DNA of 64,000 nt, from positions 1,178,001 to 1,242,000 of the forward strand of contig JAYWIR010000024.1 in the NCBI GenBank assembly GCA_036172245.1, given 5' to 3'. The notes under the pieces were generated by a model. The model ran no database searches. It saw only the letters and a program-made list of their open reading frames with translations, and was not told the origin of the DNA. Positions 1 to 13,099 of this stretch are shown piece by piece (position 1 is the first letter of the stretch; every line of letters starts with the position of its first letter). Both the position numbers and the translations under genes were made by a program. Source of the DNA: Raillietiella orientalis. Lineage: Eukaryota.

Positions 1-693
1 GAAAGAAATTCCTCCGAGTTTGTAAAAATACTTTCACGTGGTTCGGCAGGAAAGGAAAAAAAAAAAAAACTTTGTGTCAAAGTTCCATCATCTTTAAATA
101 AAGTGCTGTAAAACGCGTTGTCGGAGACGTAAAATTTGATATAGTGGAGTGTGCAGAATTACAAAGTAGCAACGCTGCGAATCGCCTGGCTCGAATTCGT
201 GCAAAACCGATGCCTCCGTGGAGATGGGATGATGCTCCGTGGCCGGATGCCTCATCATGTACCATCACGTGATGGTTGGCGCCGTCGCGGTGTACAGAGA
301 GGATCTTTTTACGACTCGCGAACAGAACGTTACACGGAAGTTCCATGTCGGGCACGTGGGATGCGAAGAGCGGAATCTTCAATTGAACACCATTCGGAAT
401 TCGGAATTAATCTGCGAGGAAATACCGACTCATCTTTATCGCATTCATCCTTGAGGGCATGTGTGCAGTTTGGACGAGTTGGAGAAACTTCCCGTTGCTT
501 CCGAGAGACACAGAGTCCACGACGTTCGCACTCTCGTGATCGCCTCTGCAATGGGCAACAGCTCTTTTCTCGACATTCCAACCTCTCTAATTTCTAGTTG
601 ACAAGGCAAAGAGTCTAAGAAATGCCATCATCAAATGCTGGATTCTCGGAAGATTAAATGAAAATTTGGTTTCCACTTTCGCATTTCCAGTTT

Positions 694-732
694 TTCTTCT
701 TCTCCTTCTTCTTCTTCTTCTTCTTCTTCTTC
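694..732. repeat. (CTT)n microsatellite
   Basis: Run of ttc/ctt units with one interruption, read directly. Confidence 0.9.
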
Positions 733-811
733 TACCAGAAGAGCCTGGAGACGCAGAAGGAAATGCCCACTTGAAGAGCAGGTTTACCGCAAGAAAGCGC
801 TCGCATTAAAG

Positions 812-865
812 TGCACCGAATTTAAGTGCACAGCGCAAGTGCACTGTGCACTTAAATTCGGTGCA
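812..865. repeat. Perfect 22-bp inverted repeat with 10-nt spacer (hairpin, MITE-like)
   Basis: TGCACCGAATTTAAGTGCACAG (812-833) is the exact reverse complement of CTGTGCACTTAAATTCGGTGCA (844-865). Confidence 0.9.
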
Positions 866-2890
866 GTTGTGAATGGCAGCGCACTTGAAAAAGACAAACG
901 GAGAGAATGCTTTTCATCCAGCGACCGCCGCCCGGATTGGCTGCTTATCGCCGAAGGAAGGAGGAAAGTGCCTTCCGATCCCCAGCCGATGGTTTTTTTC
1001 ACGCGATGAAGATCAACCCCCGGCCACCGAGATTCAGGCGAGCTCGCTTTTGCATGGGTGGTTCTCCGCGTTATGGCATTCCGGGAAGATTGCAGCCACT
1101 CTTTTCCGTAAACACAATCAGAGGCGAGATCACTGTAATAACGGACCCCTTTACAGGGCTTTGGTCGAGGTCGGTGAAAATTTCGCGACCATGCAAATTT
1201 CCGACCGACCTCTCGCTCTCCGAAAGCCTGCTAGTTGGGGAGACGGAGCGAAGATGTCGCTGGTGCAGGGCTCATCCCTACATTCTCTTCCTCGGTTCTT
1301 CCGCTCAATTTTTGGGTTGTGACCGAAAGCAATTATGAAGCACACAGTATGGGGAAAGAAATTCCTTGACCGTATCTGTTCGAGAAATGAATGTGAATTG
1401 CTCTGTAGGCTCGGTGCTTTGTTTGACTCTTGAGATCAAAAGCGGTGCCTCTTCTCGCTAAGAGAGCAAGGACACGGAAAACAGAAACACCATTTGAAAG
1501 CGTGTAGATGGATGTTTTTTGCTTTTCACAAGTATGTCAGTTTTACATGTAGCGAGACAAATGGAAGGTCTTTTAAGGGCACGGAGAGCTTGAATGCCTT
1601 TCGCTCCCAACGAAAATAGCGTGACGAAATCATTAACCTTGGTAAACCAAGTTGTCTCTTAGAATTGAAGACTGCACTGACCACGAAAGAACGTGTAGTA
1701 GAAATAAAGTGGATCAACATCTTGGATGTGTGTACGAGTATGCGTGGAAGTTTTCTCTTTCTGTCGCCCTCTTCTTCTTTGTTTTTGTTTTTTGTTTTTT
1801 TTTTTGTTTTTTTTCCCCCCCCCCCCTTTTTCTTGCTTTCTAGGAATTCAGTCTGATTTTTCGACTACGTTGTCCAGTGCTAAACAGCTGCATCCGAAGA
1901 CCACCATCTCGGGAATGTCCTCTTTGGCCAACACGCGTGACGTCACCGTTCCCGAGCAAATTCAGGAAAGCCGCCGCTTTCGAGCTCTCTGACACGCGGA
2001 TGCTGAAGCCACAACGGAATCCGAAATCTCGAGACCCTCAGCTGAAACCCTGGTTTGTGTGAAGCACATACTGGAGAATGGAATTTGAGGAGGAAACTCA
2101 GTTGGACGACCGCTGGATGTTCTCGTGACAACCAATTAAAATACCTTTAGACTATAAACCGATCGGAAGAATATGCGCATTCTTCGTTCCGATAAACGCA
2201 GCATTCGTAACAGGAAATGATTCTTTTTTTTTTTCTAAGCAAAAAACGAAAAACATGCAATTATAGAAATACTGAGTGTGGCAGAATTTCTACTGAAGGG
2301 CTCGGGCATGGAGCTCAGCAGCTGAATGAATCATTCAATCTGAAACACAGGAAACCTTGAGATTTAGAAAAGCCAACGTTCTTTTTATGAAACTTTGTAC
2401 TGCAAAAAAGGGGGGAAAAATTCTTCTCTGCCATCAGAGACCACAGTATTGATTTCCAGTCATGTTTTCGGGATTCTGAAAGCCACATAGAAGCATAGAA
2501 TTACGAACAAAACAGCATTCTTTTTGTCGCAGATCACATGTCGTTACGCTCGCGTGGATGCCAATCAATAAATTTTCCTCCATCAGCTCTTTCATTCTTC
2601 GACCCAGATACAGTAAAAACACTCGTAAGCCTTTCTTTCATGCTGCGAAAAATGCAAGAGCCAAAATTCTCCCGAAGTTCCGGATCTGTGAAGTGGTGCT
2701 GATTTCTTGAAGCCCTCCCTGGACTTGGAATACAGCGTGGCGCTGAACGGGGCTTTCCTGACTTCGAGGAGAAAGCAGAAGGCAAAACACTAAGGTGTGC
2801 TTCACCTTGGTGAAACACACGACTGGGTGAAGCACAAGTCCGGTTGAGGGTGGGAACGCTAATCGTAGGTCTTACCCTGCTTCTCAACCG

Positions 2891-2994
2891 CGCTCGTATC
2901 CTCCCCACGGAAAAATCTCCCTATGCCCGATGAGGGAAAGCTCGTCCGAAAGTACACCGCCGCCGTACTGCAGAGCAGAGGGGGTGTTCGAGCG
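2891..2994 (+). ncRNA. Degenerate type I hammerhead-ribozyme-like fold (probable relic)
   Basis: CCGATGA (2927-2933), weak stem II, GAAA (2948-2951), GTAC/GTAC stem III, T, then stem I pairing TGC/GCA plus distal CGCTCG/CGAGCG. The core has U4>C and no cleavage-site H17. Confidence 0.25.
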
Positions 2995-3959
2995 GGGGAC
3001 ATGCCACTGGCAATCCCGGAATGCAAATAGGTTGCTGCTGCCTCAGGAGAGGACCGCTCCAGACGATTGCTTGGATTTACGGGACAGTTGATCGCAAGCT
3101 GAACGCCATCCTGGGAAGAAAAACGGAGGGGAGCAGAAGTGAAGGGAGAGCATGCTCATCTCCCAAACAGGGGAACGAATTGGGCGCCCAGAAAGAGATG
3201 CTAAAGAAGGAACTGGTTATTCGGGTGCACGCAGGTGGGGTTCTGCCACCTTACCTTCCGTGAGCTTGGCCACTTCGGGCGCTCTCGTCCTTTTTTGCCC
3301 ACGCGGTCAAGAAGACTCCACGGTTTGAATGCTGAGGAAGAAACGAAACGAAAGGTCACAGGGAGTCCTTTTTTTTTTTTTTTTTTCCTGGCCACGGAAA
3401 CAAACCAGGGATTGATCCTCGCCCTGTCTCCTGCGTTTGAAATTTCAGCAATGTTTCGTTTCCTTGGACCGGAATCCGCATCCTGATGACCCAGATTATA
3501 AATAGATTTGTAAGAAGACCTCCACAATTTTGTTTTCCTTCTCTTCAGGTAATAAATCAGAAGAGAAACAAAAGAGTGGAGCACCGAGGTTGTGTTACAA
3601 TGAATACATCTCAAAGTCCGACACAGGAGAGTGTGATTCCTCAAAAGAAATCCTTTCCTCTGAAAGCACAGGAAAGTCCTCGGGAGAACTCGAAGCGCTT
3701 CTGAGAACGTGGAAGCGAATCAGACGGAGATGCCCGAACGCGCCGGAGGGATGAGTGGGACGTTTCGAACCTGGCGTCATCCTGCATCCGGAGGTGACGA
3801 TGGCCCATCACGTGCCTCGGAGCAAGCGTTTGGGAAGAGGTTGGAGGGGAGAGGAATAGGAGGAGGAGGAGGTGGGATGCAGGCGTGCAAACTACCCGGG
3901 AAGGAACAAAAGGATTTGCGGCCGTCAGGCAGCAGGAGGCGGGCAAGACGACAATTTCA

Positions 3960-4205
3960 GTGACGCGACCACTGGGGTTGAACGCCCCACAAACGCAAGA
4001 ACGAAACCGTAGAGAGATGCGCACTTTGTAGGAATGCAGACATCTAAAGATCCTCTAGTGGAAGCTGTGGATCGGCAAATGCTTTCCCCTAACTCCCAAA
4101 TGGATCCGTCCCTCAAGAAAACTGAGGCCACTCTCTCGCGGCCCGCGCGATTTGCAGGATTTTTTGGAATCTCGAGAACTGGCGAGACAGATGATCAGAT
4201 AGGTA
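3960..4205 (+). mobile_element. Possible decayed LINE ORF2 C-terminus
   Basis: Frameshifted fragments PHKRKNETVE / HFV / ECRHL and a terminal LQDFLESRELARQMIR* resemble the CxxC..ETxxH..EC finger and the FL..xL end of RNase H-bearing LINEs. By-eye match only. Confidence 0.25.
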
Positions 4206-4639
4206 GCAGCTAAAAAAAAATTCCCCCCCTCCCCTCCCTCCATAAAGATCGACGGAAGAGAGGATGCGTCACGGAATAGTTTGGACGTTGGCCGACGGCA
4301 TATTCTTTCAATGAACAAAAGGACCGTTTCGGATCCTCTTGCAGGATTCGCTGCAAAACGTTTTCCAGCCGCATTCCAGACTCTTTGGATTCTCGGAGCA
4401 CGGAAAGTAGAAATGAGCGGCGCATTTCTCTCTCCCTCCCCCTCTCCAGGAGCCAGGGCGGTTTTAGGTCACTCGCGAAGAGCTGTTGGCTGCCTCTGAA
4501 AATTCCCTGCCGTTCGCAAGACAGGTCCTTGCTCCCGAATCAGCTGGACTCGATCTCACCCGGAATGAATGATCCCCGAGGTGGACGGAGGTGGAAGTGC
4601 CGCCCGCATGCGGCAGCTGACGCCTCCGCCTGTGCCACG

Positions 4640-4870
4640 TCCGAGACGAGCAGGCGCGCGCGCGCAGCAGGAACATTCCAAGTGCGTCAAGAACAAGAGA
4701 GCCAGGAAAGCGGCGCTCGCGGAAATCGCCTCCAGAGAGGTTCGGAAGACGGGAGAAAAGTTCACACGGTGGTTCCCAGACGCTCGTCGAAGGGGCTGGG
4801 TGGAGAAACGGAACTCGCGAGGGAAACTGTTGAAAATGCGGATCTCTGTTCGCTACAGCGGGGGATAGGA
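4640..4870 (+). pseudogene. MADF/Myb-SANT-like DNA-binding domain remnant (possibly Harbinger ORF)
   Basis: ORF 4569..4868 contains EHSKCVKNKRARKAALAEIA, resembling the MADF motif H..YKNK..R..AW.EIA. Confidence 0.35.
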
Positions 4871-6428
4871 GAGAACCTCCGGAGAGATGGAGTGCCGGGA
4901 TCCCAGGGAATTCCCGAGAACACCTGAGCTTATTCTTAACCAGGCTGCTCGGAAGGTAGTCTGGTTCGTGCGAGGTTTTCTCATGCGTCATCACCGTCAT
5001 TGTGATCAGATGCAGCAAAATCCAACGCTGCCAGTGGCACCGTTTTGAAATGAACAAAGAAACGTATTGATTGCATTAATCATTTTGTCATCTTCGAAAG
5101 CCGCAGCCGGTCACTGCTGCTCCATGGTAACCGATTCGATTCCCACAGAGGGCAGTTTGCCTCTACACCGCGCAATGCGAACCGAATTCTGAAGCAATCA
5201 ACTACTCCACTCTACTCTACCCTCAGATCATCCAGCATCTCACCCTCTTTCGCAAAAACCGCACTCTTCGAGGAACCACACTTTTCGGGAACACCCCCGC
5301 GCTCGAATCGAATCTCCGCTTCTCTTTCTCCCTCTCCAGCTGAACGAAGAGCAAGGAACAGCCGAAGCCCCACGATCCGAAATCCCATTTCCTGACGATT
5401 CCCGTCTGGTTCCACGCAACATGGTGCCCGGCGTGCTTTCCGCAACTTCCAGGAGGAGGCGTTACCTCCTTCTTGAAAACAGTACGCGAACGAGTGCATT
5501 TTTTTTTTTTTTTTTGCATGCAAGTAAAGCGCATTCTTCGAAAAAAAAAAAAAAAAAAGAGAACAGCAAACTTCGGGAAGCTTCTTTGATTTGCTGCCAG
5601 TACGTGAGAAGGAAGCGCTCTTGTACAAGGCGATGGTCCTCGTGCACTTCGTGGCATCAACTGTCTTTTCCTCCTTGGATAAGAATCGAGATGCGGTTTT
5701 CCTCTTCGTCTTTCCTTCTGTATGAACCCAACTCTTCGTTTCCCTACCACAGAAACGAATACGAAAACCGAGCACGTCCACGGTGATCCGAATCTTCGGT
5801 TATCTTGGCAAGTTCAGCTACAGGTAAAAGCCATCTAATTATTTTCCCTTTGCACCCTTATCCTTCATGTTTTCATTCTTCACCAGCTTTTACAAGAAGC
5901 ACTGTTATGTCTAAGAGCACAGATAGAGATGGCTACTTTCGGCAGGCTTCTAGTCTGAGAGGAAACGGAGTTCCCAATGAGACTCCAGTGTTCGCAGAGA
6001 AGAAGAACGATGGTCTTCTCTTTGAACACTGACCGCTGGCGTGCTTCTATCTGTGATGGATATCCCGCTTCTGCTTCAGAGTGGAGAACTTAATCCCCAT
6101 CCTGTATCTTCTCTGTGATGATTGATTAATTGATATAAGATGAAAGGGAAGTTTATAAGGGTGATGAGGGACTTTAACTGGGACCCAAACAAAAAGCAAA
6201 TGATTTTACTGCATGTTTGATAGCAACTCGCATCGATCATGAGAGGTGTGAACCAAAGAGCCACTATTCTTACCTCACGTTCCCACCCAATGCCTCTGTC
6301 GTGGACTCTGAAATGGGCTTCTTCTTGTATTACATTTACTGCCACAGCGAGGATCTACTTTATAGCTTTACTACTGAGTTGCCGCTTCACCGTGAAGTTT
6401 CTTAGACTGAGGAGTTTCTGATATCCAT

Positions 6429-6487
6429 AAAGAATGGTCATTTAATTTGAGTCTGATATCCAGACTCAAATTACATGATCATTCTTT
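6429..6487. repeat. 27-bp near-perfect inverted repeat, 5-nt loop
   Basis: AAAGAATGGTCATTTAATTTGAGTCTG-atatc-CAGACTCAAATTACATGATCATTCTTT; 25 of 27 positions are Watson-Crick complementary. Confidence 0.85.
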
Positions 6488-8199
6488 CCTTCATCACGTA
6501 ACGGTAACGGTCCACTAAGGCAGTTCCTGCTCAACCTTGGGATTCTTCAGGAATGCTGTGCGAAATTGAATTTCTTTGATGATTCCTAAGCTTTCTTGAT
6601 CTTATGAGGGCTGGGACTGCCTGTTGCTCATGATCTTATCATCTTACCTTTTGTCTCAGTACATATTTTCTACACCCTTTTCTATTCTTTGATCTTTCAA
6701 CCTTTGTCATTCTCATCATTCGGTCTGACACGACTTCACAGCACCCCAAGAACCCCTGTCTAGATCGCATCGACTTCCCTTTCGAACGGACCTTTCTCCA
6801 CACTTTTTCCACATCACTTGGTGGTAGATCTTGGAAATCTTCCCTTGCAAATTCCGCGGCAAGTTCTTAGCAGAATCTCGACAGCGAATTTCCAGTATCC
6901 ACGAATGCCTGCCATACTTCCAGATAGGCGAAGACCTCACCATAAGTTTTTGGCTCCGAGTCAAGTTCCTGAGCTTTCGATGCGATCTCTCATTCACTGC
7001 TTTGATCTCATTTGATGGCGGGCTAGCCCAGTGCGCGTACGGTCGTGCTCCAACTGATGACAGCATCAGTGTGTCGTTTTCTGCACTGAATCATTGTCTG
7101 GAACCCTTCCTGGAATTCTTCTCTTCCAGAGACGAGGGCCGACAGCGCCTGTACGTTTCAGAGGATGCAGAAGGAAACACACGAGAATCATCACACGAAT
7201 GCCGGACAACGAGAAATGGACGCTCGTGATATTTCACTACAGCTTCCACTTGTGGATGTAACGAAGAGGTGATCGGTGTGCGTTTCTCATCAGCGACATG
7301 TAAATGAGCAATCATCAGCATCACGGTAAGCGAGTGGTTTGCTCTTCAAATAGATTGCGTGCATTTCTTACACGTTTAATCAAGTCGTAGATTTTCGAAG
7401 AGCGTTTGTACTGATGGTCTCTGTGGACTCGTGCAGTAAAGTGGAAGACATGAGAATGCAAGATTGGAAGATGATAGGACAGGAACATGGAAGACGGCAA
7501 TCCAGTGCCGTGTCTGTTGGTGTTTCATCAGCGCAGAAGACGATTGCGCTAGGTTTGTGTGGCACCAGGTGAGACAGCCTGAAGTGAAAGACAAAATGTA
7601 AAAAAAAAAATGGAATATTTATTGCGAAAAGAATTTAAGATATTTTTCGATCCCTCATGCAACGGAATATTTCGGAACTATTCTAAGGATACGAAACTGC
7701 AAGGCATCCGAGGATTCTTTCTGCATTTAAGACGAATTTGAGATCCATCTCAAAATAGCATCCAAGTGTCTGCATAAGCGATCAAATCGGAAGATTAATG
7801 TATGGTTTGGATTAATGAACTACATCGAGCAGATAGTGGAATTCCGAGGATCAATTCGAAATACTCACCATCTCACATTGGGTAGTATGGGCTGAAAAAT
7901 AGGATAGAGGAGTAGAGATTCCGCTGCCATCATGGCGAGGATCGATTCGGAATACTCACCATCCCACAAGAATGGTGAGAGTCCTTAATAGCCTTTTGCA
8001 GGGCAACAGATCCTTCCATTGCATCCTCTTTCCCTCCTCTCTCAAAGAGAATAAACTCTGTTTTAAATATAAAGAGACGTCCGCTCCCCATTCTCGTGCC
8101 TTCGGAGCTGAGGCAGCCAACACGAATGGGGTTCTCAGCTGGAATTCAGACAACCGAAGAATTGGATCAGTGCTGGCATAAGGTAATGGCATTACGAAC

Positions 8200-8420
8200 C
8201 CTGGAACGGTTCCTTCCTCATCTTCAAAATCGATGATTCCTTTTTTTAGTCCATCAATGTGTCAAGACTCAGAAGCGCTCGGATGCAGTGGCCTCTCTTG
8301 CCTGTCTCGCGCTGCTCTGTGTTTTGATGGGCAACTCAACAGAACTTTGAACTGACTCGGAGGAGCCTTTTTCGTACGGAGGTGCTCTCCAATTTCCTCA
8401 ACCTCCTCACTTTCTCCTGC
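8200..8420 (-). mobile_element. Possible decayed LINE RT N-terminal fragment
   Basis: EEVEEIGEHLRTKKAP ... GLKKG resembles the EEV...I..L..KKAPG.D and KKG motifs preceding LINE RT domains. Confidence 0.25.
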
Positions 8421-9807
8421 AACGCAGCTGCCTGTTGGAGGAAACTCGGACCAGGATGGCTTCCTCGTAAGCACGTACTCTCTTTCATCAGAGGCCCTCG
8501 AAGGCCACCTTTAAGTCGTTCCGTAGATCGCGCTCAAGATCGACGGCGCGATGTTGACCAAGCTTTTTTTTTTTTTTTTTTTGAGGCCACGGAGTCTGTT
8601 GCGCAGAGTCTCCCCGGCGCTTCGAGCCAGAGCGACGCTTGGAACTTCTCTCCGAACGATCGTCTGAGGACCAAACGAAAACCACAAATCTTCCGCCACT
8701 CGAACTGCATTCCGGAAACGAGATCAGGGGAAGGATTCTCAACCTTGTTGCAGAGATTGGAACGCTCACACAGAAGGGACCGTGAAGACGAAATCTGCGA
8801 GAAGCTCACAGTGACCAAAAAAAGAAATAAAAGTAGGGAGGAAAGATAAAAAAAAAACTCCTTAGCTGATGTGAGATAGAGGGAAAGATGGAATCTATTG
8901 TTGGAAGAAAAAAAAATCAAACAACATAGAGCGAATGGTGCTGTTTTGCTGTATGTGAACTTCCTTCCTAGGGAAGAGTCAACGGAAGAGGTTAGGGCTG
9001 TTTCTCGAGCCCATTGGCAACCATCGCCACGGGGAAAGTCGCAGTCCCTTTCGACTTCTGCGTTCCGTGCCCACCACCGCAGTGGCAAAATTTGTGCAAA
9101 GTCAAAGGCTCGTAGCCTTCGGGAAAACCAGTTTAATTAATTGTTAGGAGGCATCTGTCAGAGATTATTAATGGAGCTCTCTCCATCTGCATCACGTGTT
9201 CAGCTTCCAGCAGCAAGTGGATGCGCCGACCTCTTCCTGACTGATCTTCGGCCACCTGAACCATCGTGAGACTCGGCCCGTAGTCTGGAAAACGATCGTT
9301 TTCTTCCGGTCCGCAGTGGTGAAGCTGCTTCCTCAACTGATTTTAACAAGTGCTCTCCAGCCAGCTCTTGCGTGCAAGAGAGGGTTTTTCCCTCGGAGTT
9401 CACTTCGAGAAGCTGACGTTTTACGAGCAGCTTCAGAAGAAGCGAGTTTTTCGGAAACCGAAAGGCGCAGCTTAGCCATACAGCCAGATGCAAGCAGAGA
9501 TAGTAAGTCGGACAGGGGTCAGTCGAAGAGATCCGGAGTTGACTTTGTTTCCTAGATTTCGTTTCCTTCTTTCTTCCTTTCCTTTTGACATTCTTGTGTG
9601 TGCCTGTCTTCGACTGGCAGATCTCCATGGAGCTTCGGTCTCGTCGGAACAACACACTCCTGGCTACGGTGACGAGTGTGCAAGAGTGAGCAGCCGCACT
9701 GTTTGCTAAAGGCAGCTCCTGGTCCTGCCTCCACGGAGAGGACCTGCGCTCGTCCTCATTCCTGCTTGCGAGACTGGAGGAAGGGAAGGAAAAGGGGGAA
9801 AAACCGA

Positions 9808-10548
9808 GCCGGAAGTTCTCGTTGCTAAATGGCAATCACCGGACAGGCCTCTGTGTTCCCGCTCCTGTGGAAACAGGATGTTCTGCTGTTTCTGCACTAT
9901 GGGGGCTTCCAGACTTCCAGTGCAATGAGCGCAGACACTTGGTTTCTGGGAAAGTTGCCTACCCGAACTGTTTAAGGTGCGGGGGGATGGAATCTCCGTC
10001 GCATCTTTTGCTGGACTACAGTGCCCTGGATGACTTGCGGCGGAGACTCGCTTCGGCGCTCCGTCGACCCCTGGAGGACCCCCTACTTTGGACTTGCTGC
10101 GACGCCTCTTCACCGGAGGCGGGCTGAAGAACAGCTCTGTGATCGCGACAATCTGTTGTATCCGCACCATAGTGACAGCCCTCCAAATGTTGGAGTTGGA
10201 TTCGCGACGAATAGAGGCCACCAGAATGGTAGCAGCCCTCATGAGGACAGCAGCAAGGTGGCCTCATCTGCCAGAAGCCTCCAGGGAGATTGCCATCGTC
10301 CAGAGCCGCTTCTAGAAGGAAAGGAACGTCTTCAACCAAAGACCCCTATCCCCACCCTCCCGTCTTTTTTTATTTATTGTCCCCTCCCTCCGTTTCCTAC
10401 CTTTTGGAAGCTGGTCTGCGTGCCGGTGATTATCCCGGTGGAACTTCTTTTGGGAAGGGGAGGGAGGGGCATTTCTCATTTTTGAGGAATATCCCTCCCC
10501 TTTCCTTGTAGTTTGTTTTTTAAATAAATGTCCTGGCGCCTCCGGGTG
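9808..10548 (+). mobile_element. 5'-truncated L1/Tx1-like retrotransposon 3' end (zf-RVT, 3'UTR, terminal stem-loop)
   Basis: LWGLP...PNCLRCGGMESPSHLLLD CCHC-type motif and C-terminal RWPHL shared with other copies. AATAAA at 10523-10528 followed by the 20-nt hairpin. Candidate 8-bp TSD AAAACCGA at 9800-9807 and 10549-10556. Confidence 0.75.
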
Positions 10549-13099
10549 AAAACCGAATAGTGCACGGCCGTCTCCCAAACAGCAGCGGGCGAAGAATGCA
10601 CCTTCCAGATCCAAAGCTTGCAAGCGGAAAAAGAGGTAGAAGAGTTCGGAGAGGAGAGGAACCAAGGAAGATGCACAAGTGGAGAAGGGAGCAGTCTTCG
10701 CCCGCGCTTCCGAGTCGTTGTGCGCCAAGCCGGCCCATGCAGATACGTCCCCCAAAACAGCAGCGGGTGAAGGATGCAGCAATTTTCTTTTGATGCGCTG
10801 AACTAACGAGGTGGAACCAAGGAGCTTGTTCCGCGACTGCAATCGTGGCATCCACTCGAGGGTCGCTCCTCCCTGAAGTGGGAACTTCGGTGTTGCAGGA
10901 ACAGGCCGCACTGCGGAACTTCGTTCAGTCCTCTCTGGCCCTTGGCTGGGGACGATGGAGTCCATGTTCGCACTTCCAGTACAGACAGGCGGGGCTTGGG
11001 CGAAGCCTCCAGCTTCGCTGCCTGGACGCTTTGAAGATCTATTCAGACGGGCTTGTAGATGGCATTCAGGGAACCGACTGATCTACGCTGAAGGGCCGGA
11101 TTCTTCGAGGCTGCGGGCACCCAGAAGAGGGGGCGTAGCGTGACCGACACGCTCCCATTTCTTCCCCGGCTTGTTCAGACGGAAAGAACAGAGCTCGGGT
11201 GCCCTTCTCCCTCCGAAAGACCCACACATTCTTCTTCTCTCTGGTCCATCCTGAATATCAGTCTCTGCAACGTTCGGTCGCACGATGCGCCGGAGGGAAG
11301 GTGACCTTCTTCCCGCCAGTTTCCAATAGAGGAACTCTCCCTGCTTTTCTGAACAGGGAAGAAAATCTACCCAGAAAGCATACGTACCGGATACCCAAAT
11401 CTGTTCCTCCCGATCTGTTTTGTACACGCGCAAGCGCGCAGCGCCCAATGACAATTCAGAGTTACTGCGTGCGCATCATTGGACTGTTTGAAAAGTGCAA
11501 GTGCATTTTTTTTCCAAGAGCAGATGCAACACAACATCCTAAGAGTTCTTGCTGGGGTACAGCTCACCGATTAGGGGACACTCTCAACGGTGCCGTGCCT
11601 TTCCTTGTTTTGGGTGGCACCAGTGCGGAGATGCGTGAAGGAAATCAGGGACTGGGTGTGGCTTCGCGGTTCTAGCCACAGGCAAACAGAATCCCGAAGC
11701 TTCCCCAAGTCTCCTGGCCAACTGATAATTTCGGCAAACTTCCGATAAACCTATCGAGATGGATTCAGGATGCTGAACAAACACATGGGCGCCACGGGTT
11801 ATCACTTCGACTTGAACTATGTGGATTCCGAGAAGCTTCCTGTTCCCGTATGCTCTGCTTTTCGAGGAAATTTTGCGCTGAACTGAAACGTGGATAAGGA
11901 ATGCCAAATGGAAGAAAAAAATCCTTGCAGATTCTGATGACATATCGGTTACGAGTGTTCCTTGCTGGCAAGCTTGCCGATGGCCAAAAAAAAAAGAACA
12001 AAAATTTCGGTCAAGCCCAGAGCGATGGGTAGTCTCAATGGTAGGATGCATTCTTGCAGTTTCTTCGCCGAGAAGGCAAAGATGACTGCAGGATTTTGTC
12101 CATGCCCACCACCCTCTTCAACTGGAAAGGTGGCACCTCAGTGAACATCAGGGCAGGTCTTAACCGAAGAACCGAACGATGGCAAATCAGCTTTGTCTGC
12201 TTTCACCTGCTCTCTGCAGCGGCGGTGGGGTCGGACCTTTTCTGCGAAGCGAGGTCGCGGGCTGCCTAGCGCTGGTGCAAACAATCCTCTGCAGCATGCT
12301 TTGGCAACAGGGATAAGAGCTGCCTTACCGAGGAGCTTGTTCCACGTCGAGTCCCACGGAACAGAGAGACGAGTCCGCGAGTCTGTTTTCCCGAGGTCGA
12401 TTCCCTGTGGTTATCAGGAAAGAACATCTCTCCGATACATCAAGGAGCAGCTCAGAGTGCCAACCAACGTCCACTCAAAGCTTTTCTTGTCTTAGAAACG
12501 AAAAACGCCTCTGCCATCCTTGGTGGCAGGCGACTCGGTCCAGCTGATCTCACTCGAAGCTAAAACAGGATGCCGCTGCTGTTGTGCGGTCCACGTCCCG
12601 GCAACCCCGGTGAGAGCTGGAGTGAGCGGAGATGCGTCCACTCTCGGCTAGCAGTCACATCCAGGGAACAGAGCATCCACGCATTGCATGTGGTTCGTTC
12701 GCGCCGTTTTCCTGGAACAAGAAGGGAACTTGTTTGCCGCCTGCGCGAAATCTGGGGACAGCCCTTTCCTCCCAGAAGCTTTGCGGAGGGGAGTGAGTTC
12801 TCTGCTCCCTTCTCTACACGGCAACAGAGCCATGAGCCGTGACATCCGGCGGGTTTCCACTCGGCGCAGATGCAGCACGACAGTGGTCTGAAGAACCGGG
12901 TTCCGGAGTTCACTCGCTTCCGGAGCTAAAAATCCGAACGATCTCCCCCCATCCCCACCCTTTTTTTTTTTTTTTTTTGAGGCAAATAGGACTTTGCACA
13001 AATGGGATGCGGAGAGGAGTGTGAACCCTCATGAGGAACACTGTACGTAAAAGGAACACCGTCTTCCACTGCTGGCGAAGACGTGCACAGTTTCCCTTA

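Noticed and set aside
5740..6032. Spliced host gene (acceptor near 5753, GT-AG intron 5824-5886)
   Set aside because: The splice-like signals are present, but joined frames hit stops and give no recognisable protein.
6780..6970. Copia RT start (minus strand EPKTYGE...WQA...SL...DLPP)
   Set aside because: The spacing only partly fits, there is an in-frame stop and insertion, and no downstream copia motifs or LTRs were seen.
7845..7970. CRISPR-like repeat (GAGGATC.ATTCG.AATACTCACCATC.CACA twice)
   Set aside because: Only two imperfect copies in a eukaryote-like context with no cas genes; a simple local duplication.
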